DNA from: a virus
Lineage: Duplodnaviria > Caudoviricetes
Reading direction: 5' to 3' (one strand)
Length of the DNA: 64,000 nucleotides
Virus record (IMG/VR): IMGVR_UViG_3300010163_003659
Location: 1 to 64,000 of that record
The notes beneath the pieces are model-generated. The model saw only the letters and a program-made list of their open reading frames with translations. It ran no database searches and was not told the DNA's origin. Shown piece after piece: positions 48,221-55,361 of the stretch (position 1 is the first letter of the stretch; each line of letters starts with the position of its first letter). Position numbers and translations under genes: made by a program.

Positions 48221-49374
48221 AAAATAGTGTCATTCCAAGCCGCATAACAGAGGCACGTGAGGCTTGTGCATTGTCAATGGGGGATTTGGCAGAAAGAATA
48301 GGGGTTACGAGGCAGTCTGTTTCAAAATATGAAAGAGGAATTATGAGCCCTTCACTTGATGTCTTACAGTCAATTTCAGTTTTATTGCATTTCCCGGTTG
48401 ATTTTTTTTATAAAGAAGAGCTGGGAATAAGCACAGGAACAAGCCCGTTATTTTTTCGTTCTAAATCCAATATTTCCAAAAAAGTAAAGATGGCATGTAA
48501 GCACCAGGTAAAATGGGTTTGTGAGATAAGAAAACAGTTGGAAAGATATGTTAAATTTGTTGACCAGAACACTCTTGTAGTTGATGTGGATTATGAGAAT
48601 CTGCAGGATAGTGACATTGAAGAAATAGCTCTGTCGGTAAGACATGAGTGGGAACTTGGTGATGCTCCTATAGATGATTTGATAGGTATTTTAGAGAATC
48701 AGGGGATAATTGTAGCCCAATTTTCGGGAAATGATTTCTGCTCCTTTAATGGAATTGATGCGTATTCCTCATGGTATGGCGGAATACCTTATATAATTTA
48801 CAATTCAATGCAGAAAAGTGCTGTCCGTACAAGGTTTAGTATTCTTCATGAGTTGGGGCATTTAATTTTTCACAGTTCTGTTTCAGAAGAAGATGCAGTA
48901 AAAAAAGAAGTTGTTGATTTTGCAGATATGCAGGCAGACAGATTTGCAGCAGCTTTTCTTTTGCCGTCCACCTCTTTCCCGAAAGATGTAAGGGGAACCT
49001 CTTTGGCTTATTTAGAGATAATCAAAAAGAAATGGGGAGCTGCAATGTCTACCATAATCAGGCGTTGCGAGACATTAGACCTTTTGACGGATAATCAAAT
49101 CGGGTATTTGAAAAGGCAAATGACAACAAACAAGTATTGGCATAAGGAGCCCCTGGATGATGTGCTGCAGATTGAGCCGCCGGAGATGTTACGTGATGCG
49201 GTTTATCTGTTGATAGATAACAATATAATCACAAAACATACTTTTTTGGACTTATGTGCTTTGCCACCAAAGGATTTACAGTGCATATGCTCATTGCCGG
49301 ATGGCTTTTTTGGCAGTCCCCTGCAGAAGCAAAAACCTGTTTTAAGAGTGGTGAGGGAGGGGGAAGATTTTTGA
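48217..49374 (+). CDS. XRE HTH - ImmA/IrrE (M78) metallopeptidase fusion
   Basis: LAERIGVTRQSVSKYERG; RFSILHELGH; QADRFAAAFLLP. Confidence 0.9.
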   Translation: MKNSVIPSRITEAREACALSMGDLAERIGVTRQSVSKYERGIMSPSLDVLQSISVLLHFPVDFFYKEELGISTGTSPLFFRSKSNISKKVKMACKHQVKWVCEIRKQLERYVKFVDQNTLVVDVDYENLQDSDIEEIALSVRHEWELGDAPIDDLIGILENQGIIVAQFSGNDFCSFNGIDAYSSWYGGIPYIIYNSMQKSAVRTRFSILHELGHLIFHSSVSEEDAVKKEVVDFADMQADRFAAAFLLPSTSFPKDVRGTSLAYLEIIKKKWGAAMSTIIRRCETLDLLTDNQIGYLKRQMTTNKYWHKEPLDDVLQIEPPEMLRDAVYLLIDNNIITKHTFLDLCALPPKDLQCICSLPDGFFGSPLQKQKPVLRVVREGEDF

Positions 49375-49473
49375 GATGTAATTTGTTTGGAAGTTGCAAT
49401 AAAGGCAAACGGCATAGAAATTAAAGTTATAGGGAATAATATATTGATTAATAGAGGCAGCACTTTCAATGTG

Positions 49474-49504
49474 AAGCCGGGCACTGCAAGTGTCTGGCTT
49501 TTTT
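49474..49504 (+). terminator. Intrinsic terminator
   Basis: AAGCCGGGCAC-TGCAA-GTGTCTGGCTT followed by T run. Confidence 0.7.
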
Positions 49505-49568
49505 GCGTACAGGGGGGGTGTCTGCAAGGGAAAGCCTACAGGGCAGACAGCGTTTTTTGTGTGTGAGG

Positions 49569-49853
49569 AAAGCGAACGTTCGCTTAATTACAAAACAATG
49601 GCACATGGCGGTAAGGATACTGTAAACCTGCTGTTTATGGTATCCCGCCCATATTGCTGTGCCTTTTTAAAAAGCGAACGTTCGGTTTGCCCCATACAGA
49701 AAAACGGGCGGGGATTTACCGCAGCGTTGCATTTTCCGCAGAAGGAAAACGAATCACAGGTGGAGCGGTTTGCCAGTGCAAGAAGGTGGCGCAGGTGGAA
49801 CGGCCGAAAGCTCCCCACGGAAGCAAAAACAAATGATTGCAACGTTGCAAAAG
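49569..49853. repeat. Palindrome cluster incl. 16-bp match to helper terS
   Basis: AAAGCGAACGTTCG at 49569 and 49671; GCAGCGTTGCA 49721; TGCAACGTTGCAAAAG 49838-49853 = 41912-41927. Confidence 0.75.
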
Positions 49854-50466
49854 CCTGAGGGGAGTCTGTGGCACACGCAGAGGCTTCATTTTGCCGCTCT
49901 AATGGCCGGAATGATAAGAATTGCCCTTCAGCATTGCAAAGGGGCTGTATGGGCAAAATAGGCGGTGCGTGGGGTGGGGCTGCTGCCGTGCAATATTGTG
50001 GCAGGGGATAGGAGGGGCAACAGGAAGAATTTCATGGGGACAGGATGCACAGCGTCAAGGTGTGGGCGGGATAGGATACCATCTGCCCCATCATAGGCGA
50101 GGGGAGTGTATTGAAAGGGTTTGGGATAGCCTGGGGATGCCAGCGCTGCAGTGAAGGGATCCTGCTGCCGTCAGAGACATAACCAGAGACAGAGACATAG
50201 GCATAACCGTATGGCCTTCAGATTGCCCGAAATTCGGTTGAAATTATTTTAGACAATAATTTTATCGTTGAGAGAATAAAATGAGCATGGCGGCCAAAAT
50301 AGAAGGCGAACAGAACTATATCAAACTTGAAGCAGTTAGGACAACAGGTTCTGCTTATAGGAACATAGGAATTTTTTAGTTGCGTATGGGACTAACTAAT
50401 ACTATAATAGTGGTAGATAACAAATGACAAGGGAGGACAAAAGATGGAAATACGGAGGTGGAATTT

Positions 50467-51120
50467 ATGGGACAAAGAGTTAAAAACGAACTAAATAATG
50501 TCTCGATTGGAGGCAGCTATATTGGCAGGAGTAGTATAGTTAATAATTATTATATTCATCAGGCAGAAACAGGAACAGAAGGGAGCAGGGATGACAAAAC
50601 AATATTCATTTCCTATAACTGGCATGATGGGAAGATTGCAGACAGGATTGACAGGCATCTGTCAGGGCTTCCAAGTGTAACTGTAAAAAGGGATGTGCGT
50701 GACATTGGCCCATGGAAAAGCATCCGAGAGTTTATGGAAGGCATCCGGCAGCAGGATTATGCGGTTTTCATTGTCAGCGATTCTTATCTGAAATCAAAAA
50801 ATTGTATGTTTGAGGTTACAGAAATGATGAAAGAACAGGAGTATGCGGACAGAATTTTCCCGGCCGTTGTGGAAACCGACATATATGATCCGTTGGTACG
50901 TGCCAGATACATAAGTTACTGGCAGCAGGAATGTGATAAGCTGGAGGCTGCTGTAAAGGGGCTGGATCCGGCCAATGCAGTTGAGCTGGCAGCAGATTTG
51001 AAATGTTATAAAAATATTGCATCTTCTGTAGGGGAGTTTTTAAGCATAGTTGCAGACAGGAACAATCCGGATATCCATGAGGTAGAGGTACAGATAGAGA
51101 AAGCATTACTGAAGAACTGA
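50467..51120 (+). CDS. TIR-domain protein with N-terminal amyloid-like motif
   Basis: IFISYNWHD, RDVRDI, VSDSYLKSKNCMFEV (catalytic Glu); N/G/S/Y-rich first 30 aa. Confidence 0.9.
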   Translation: MGQRVKNELNNVSIGGSYIGRSSIVNNYYIHQAETGTEGSRDDKTIFISYNWHDGKIADRIDRHLSGLPSVTVKRDVRDIGPWKSIREFMEGIRQQDYAVFIVSDSYLKSKNCMFEVTEMMKEQEYADRIFPAVVETDIYDPLVRARYISYWQQECDKLEAAVKGLDPANAVELAADLKCYKNIASSVGEFLSIVADRNNPDIHEVEVQIEKALLKN

Positions 51121-51139
51121 CTGATAAGGGGGAATTACT

Positions 51140-53521
51140 ATGGATCAGAGAATAAATAATCACTTTAAGGGTGGTAACATAGAAGGCGATTATGTAGGGG
51201 GGAATCAGACAAAAAACTACTATATATCCATGTTTCAAGATTTAGAGCGAGAGTTTGTTGTTACACATAATGCCGATATCAAGCCAGTGTCCTATTTTAC
51301 TGGACGAGAAACAGAGCTGCAGGAGTTGCGCCAGCGGCTAGAGGAAGGGCGCAAGTCTGTTCTAGTAAGCGGGATGGGTGGCATTGGAAAAACACATATC
51401 TGCCGGAAGCTGTTTGAGGAATACACCAAAAAACATGCTGATGGTGAGGATATACCTTTCTGCCATATTGGATATGTTGAGTATAATGGGGATATGGGCA
51501 GCAGTCTGCAAACCTGTTTAAAATTTAAGGAGCAGGACGATTCGGGGCAGAATCAAGAAGCGGCATGGAGAGAACTGGAATATCTAGCGGCAGGTGGGAA
51601 ACTTCTGCTGTTTGTGGATAATGTAGACAAGCCTGTAAACGCTGATCCAGGATTGCAGAGGCTAAAGGGGATTCCCGGAGCGGTTATTTTGACATCTCGG
51701 CAGGCTTCTTTTAGTGATGAATTTGAACCATACCCGATAGGTTTCCTTGATATGGAGCAGTGTAAAGAGATTTATGAGAAAATCCGGTTTAAGGGCAGTA
51801 AGAGAAAAGTCAGACTGGAGGAAGAACAGGATTTGAAATATGTCATAGAGGATTTGGCTGGGAGGCATACCATTACAGTTGAACTTCTGGCGCATTTGGC
51901 ACGTACAAAAACATGGACAGTGAAAAGGCTTAGAGAAGAGTTGGGGCAAAAAGGGTTCTGTCTGGCATTTCATAAGAACGGGAAACTTGTCAATATCCAA
52001 AAATCTTATGAAGTGCTTTATGATTTGTCCAAACTGACAGAAGCAGAGCAAAACATTCTGGAGGCTTTTTCAATATTTCCGTATATTTCTTTGGAGGCAG
52101 AGATATGTAATCAATGGCTGCTTGCGGATGCTGGAGTAAGTGAAGAAGATGATATCTTAATGGGATTATATCAGAAAGGTTGGCTGCAGTTTGATATAGA
52201 GCAGGGAAGCTATGCTATGCATCCTGTGTTTGCGAAATTTATTTATGAAAGATGTAAGCCAAAATTGGAAGGGCATCGTGGATTGATAGAGGGATGTCAG
52301 AAGTGTTTGGAAATACCAGAAAGCGGTTCTGTTATGGAGTGCCAGCATTTTATTCCTTTTGCAGAGAATATTTTGAAAAAAATCAGCATGGAAAATGAAA
52401 TAGAACATGTTCAGTTTATGGACATATTGGCATATTCACTACAACATACAAGGGAGTATGCAAAAGCAGAAGTATTATACGAAAAGATTTTACAGATTAG
52501 AAAGAAATTGTATGGACAAAAACATCCAGATACAGCTACCGGTTATAATAATTTAGCAGCTGCATATGCTGAACAGGAAAAGGATAAAGAAGCGAAAAAA
52601 TTGTATAAAAAAGCTTTGTTGATAAGAGAGAAAGTGTTAGGGGAGGAGCATCCAGATACAGCTGACAGTTATAATAATTTGGCAGGGGTTTATTCCAAGC
52701 AGGGGAAGTGCTGGAAAGCAGAGGGACTACATAAAAGAGCCTTGTTGATAAGAGAGAAAGTGTTAGGGGAGGAGCATCCAGATACAGCTGACAGTTATAA
52801 TAATTTGGCAGTGATATATGCTGAACAAGAAAAGTACAGGAAAGCAGAAAGGTTCTGTAAAAGAGCCTTGTTGATAAGAGAGAAAGTGTTAGGGGGGGAG
52901 CATCTAGAGACAGCTAATAGTTATAATAATTTGGCAAGGATATATGCTGGTCAAGAGAAATATAAGGAAGCAGAAGAACTGCATAAAAAAGCCTTGTCGG
53001 TAAGAGAGAGGGTGTTGGGAGAGGATTATCCAGATATAGCTTATAGTTATGATAGTCTTGCAGAGATAAATGAGATTCGAGAGAAGTATAAAGAAGCAGA
53101 AGAATTATATAGAAAAAGCCTACAAATAAGAATGAAAGTGCTAGGGGAAGAATATCCAGATACAGTCATGAGTTATCTCAACTTGGCAAGTGTGTTGAGT
53201 GAACAAGGAAAGTATGGGAAAGCAGAAGAGTTGTATAAAAAGGGTATACAGATAGGTGAAAGCGTTATGGGAAAAGAACATTCATATACAGCTATAGGTT
53301 ATAATAATTTGGCAGGAGTATATATAGAACAAGGAAAGATTGACAGGGCAATAATATATTATCATAAGGCTTATCAAGTTTTTGTGAACAAATTTGGAAG
53401 AGATGATCCAGATACACAAGTTGTATATGGAAATTTGGAAGCGATATACAGAGCATATAATCCAGAAGGCAATTTTGAACAGTGGCTGGAAGAAAAGATG
53501 AAAGAAGCAGATTTGGATTAA
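51140..53521 (+). CDS. NLR-like STAND NTPase (NB-ARC) with ~8 TPR repeats
   Basis: GMGGIGKT, LLLFVDNV, ILTSR, MHP; 42-aa repeats LGEEHPDTADSYNNLA. Confidence 0.9.
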   Translation: MDQRINNHFKGGNIEGDYVGGNQTKNYYISMFQDLEREFVVTHNADIKPVSYFTGRETELQELRQRLEEGRKSVLVSGMGGIGKTHICRKLFEEYTKKHADGEDIPFCHIGYVEYNGDMGSSLQTCLKFKEQDDSGQNQEAAWRELEYLAAGGKLLLFVDNVDKPVNADPGLQRLKGIPGAVILTSRQASFSDEFEPYPIGFLDMEQCKEIYEKIRFKGSKRKVRLEEEQDLKYVIEDLAGRHTITVELLAHLARTKTWTVKRLREELGQKGFCLAFHKNGKLVNIQKSYEVLYDLSKLTEAEQNILEAFSIFPYISLEAEICNQWLLADAGVSEEDDILMGLYQKGWLQFDIEQGSYAMHPVFAKFIYERCKPKLEGHRGLIEGCQKCLEIPESGSVMECQHFIPFAENILKKISMENEIEHVQFMDILAYSLQHTREYAKAEVLYEKILQIRKKLYGQKHPDTATGYNNLAAAYAEQEKDKEAKKLYKKALLIREKVLGEEHPDTADSYNNLAGVYSKQGKCWKAEGLHKRALLIREKVLGEEHPDTADSYNNLAVIYAEQEKYRKAERFCKRALLIREKVLGGEHLETANSYNNLARIYAGQEKYKEAEELHKKALSVRERVLGEDYPDIAYSYDSLAEINEIREKYKEAEELYRKSLQIRMKVLGEEYPDTVMSYLNLASVLSEQGKYGKAEELYKKGIQIGESVMGKEHSYTAIGYNNLAGVYIEQGKIDRAIIYYHKAYQVFVNKFGRDDPDTQVVYGNLEAIYRAYNPEGNFEQWLEEKMKEADLD
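52616..52811 (+). repeat. 126-bp-period TPR coding repeats
   Basis: 52616-52685 identical to 52742-52811 (70 bp). Confidence 0.85.
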
Positions 53522-53725
53522 GTCATAGGCACGATATTGGCTAATGGTAATGGATGCACTGATTCTGCTGCCGTACAGCAGTAGATATTGTTATGTTGAA
53601 ATAGTGGAATTTATGCAGGACCTTAGTGATGAGGAACTGGAGACATTGAACAGGCAAGTAAATCAGGCGATGGAGCATGTTCGCATCGTTTACAAATGAA
53701 ACAAAATGTGGAAGGGGAATGTACC

Positions 53726-54322
53726 ATGAAGAGAGAAACAACTCCGATCAGAGTGACGGATAAGATTATGGAATTATGCAGCGGGATAGTACCGGATGCG
53801 AAACCGGAATATGTTTCGGTTAAAGTGCAGGAATGGAGCAGACCAATGGAATGTTTTCCCAATGTGGAGCGTATGGTTCAAGAGCAGGGCGGGCAGCAGA
53901 TTAATGGTTGGGCAATCTGGCAATGGGCGAATATCCTTGTAGAGGCCGAGGCTCATTCTGTGTGGCAAAGTCCGAAAGGGGAACTGATGGATATTACCCC
54001 TCATGACAATGGGGAAAGGGAAATCCTATTCCTGCATGATGCTGGCATGGTGTATTCCGGGCAGAGCATTGGAAATGTAAGGCTTGCCATCACCGGATCA
54101 CCGCTGGCTGCTGAAATGGTCGATCTCGGCGATAAGATAGATGCGGTCATGTGCAGTTACAAGCCAGGAACGGAAATTCCACTTTGGGAGCTACGGCGCC
54201 GACTGCTGCCACTAAAGGAGCAGAGGGAGGCAATCGTGGGGATGTTGAACCAGAAAGCCAGCAGGAATGCCCCTTGCCCATGCCAGTCTGGATTAAAGTA
54301 CAAGAAATGCTGTGGGAGGTAA
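53726..54322 (+). CDS. SEC-C motif protein
   Basis: C-terminal SRNAPCPCQSGLKYKKCCG; ECFPNV...GWAIW...EAHSVW...DITP. Confidence 0.75.
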   Translation: MKRETTPIRVTDKIMELCSGIVPDAKPEYVSVKVQEWSRPMECFPNVERMVQEQGGQQINGWAIWQWANILVEAEAHSVWQSPKGELMDITPHDNGEREILFLHDAGMVYSGQSIGNVRLAITGSPLAAEMVDLGDKIDAVMCSYKPGTEIPLWELRRRLLPLKEQREAIVGMLNQKASRNAPCPCQSGLKYKKCCGR

Positions 54323-54325
54323 GTT

Positions 54326-54907
54326 ATGATATTTGATGTTATTTTCAGCATCCTTTCAACAGTTATTAGTTCAACTTCTCTTATATTTATTAAAGAGGTT
54401 TTTGACAGAAAGCAGAACCATCAGGAAAATAAAGAAATCCAAGAAGATGCTGAGAAGATTATTGGAGATACATTTAAAAGTGATGATGTAATTGACTTGA
54501 TGCTAAAAAATGTTCGTGAATTGAGAGAGTATTACATAATCAGCAAAAGACAGGCAACAAATGCGTTTTCTGCTTCACTGATAGTCTGCTTTTTGGGTTT
54601 TATTGTTTATATTGCGGGTATCGCTGTATTTGTTATTTCTGGAGAAAATGCATTACTGTTAACTACCATATCAGGAACAATAGTGGAAGTAATTTCCGGA
54701 TTATTTTTCTGGCTTTATAGACATGCAATTAAGCAGTTAAATATTTATCATCAGAGATTAGGTACAACAGAGAAGTATCTGACAGCAATTCGTTTAGTGG
54801 ATAAAATGGGACAGGATAAGCATGATGATATGTACAAGCATATTATTGAATGTGTTTTAATAGATAATCGTATGCAATCAAATGAGGAAAATGAAAAAGA
54901 GCAGTAA
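54326..54907 (+). CDS. TRADD-N-associated 2TM-like membrane protein
   Basis: EYY..SKRQA..AF..S....LGF...TM-TM..FFWLY.....L..YHQRL pattern. Confidence 0.55.
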   Translation: MIFDVIFSILSTVISSTSLIFIKEVFDRKQNHQENKEIQEDAEKIIGDTFKSDDVIDLMLKNVRELREYYIISKRQATNAFSASLIVCFLGFIVYIAGIAVFVISGENALLLTTISGTIVEVISGLFFWLYRHAIKQLNIYHQRLGTTEKYLTAIRLVDKMGQDKHDDMYKHIIECVLIDNRMQSNEENEKEQ

Positions 54908-55118
54908 GAAGGAATATGTTCTCTAATCTGCAGAGTGTTTCAAATCCGTCCGAAAAGGCTTTTGGCGATTAATTTAACTGTTGAGAGGGGAAAAGAGGAA
55001 TATGGAGCAAATTAGAGGGTATAGGGAGCGTGTTGTACATTAGACAGCAGGCTCTTTCTTTATGAGATTTAAAGTTGCGTAAGCATTAAACCAATATTAT
55101 AATAAAGACAGATAAAGG

Positions 55119-55361
55119 ATGATAGGGGGAATGGTGGAAATGATGGAAGTGTTTAATGTTATTAGTGGAGTATGTTCCATTGTTGGACTGTCTGTTTCTC
55201 TTTTTACGGCCAGCAAGGTGATTAAAATAACGCAGAACATTAACAGTGGCAATGTAGATGACCATTCAAAGGTTGTTAATGGAGGCAAAGGCAATACATA
55301 TAATGGGCCATATGCAGGGAGGGATTATACGAATGAGACGAGAAGTGGACAACAGAAATAA
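55119..55361 (+). CDS. Small single-TM protein with C-terminal amyloid-like motif
   Basis: Hydrophobic VFNVISGVCSIVGLSVSLFTA, then N/G-rich tail with GNTYNGPYAGRDY; start may be 55131-55143. Confidence 0.75.
   Translation: MIGGMVEMMEVFNVISGVCSIVGLSVSLFTASKVIKITQNINSGNVDDHSKVVNGGKGNTYNGPYAGRDYTNETRSGQQK

Noticed and set aside
49569-49684. LexA/DinR SOS boxes
   Set aside because: CGAACGTTCG lacks the 4-nt spacer of the Firmicute CGAAC-N4-GTTCG box.
49490-50154. ORFs 49490-49858, 49588-49956 and 49921-50154 as genes
   Set aside because: No clear RBS or recognisable domains; they overlap a terminator and palindromes, so the region looks non-coding.
52490-53330. Diversity-generating retroelement template/variable repeats
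   Set aside because: No reverse transcriptase; the repeats are in-frame tandem TPR units and differences are not adenine-specific.
55258-55332. NLR2 start at 55258 as given in the ORF track
   Set aside because: ATG 55333 has a GGAGG RBS and gives an N-terminus similar in length to NLR1; the upstream part overlaps the small TM gene.
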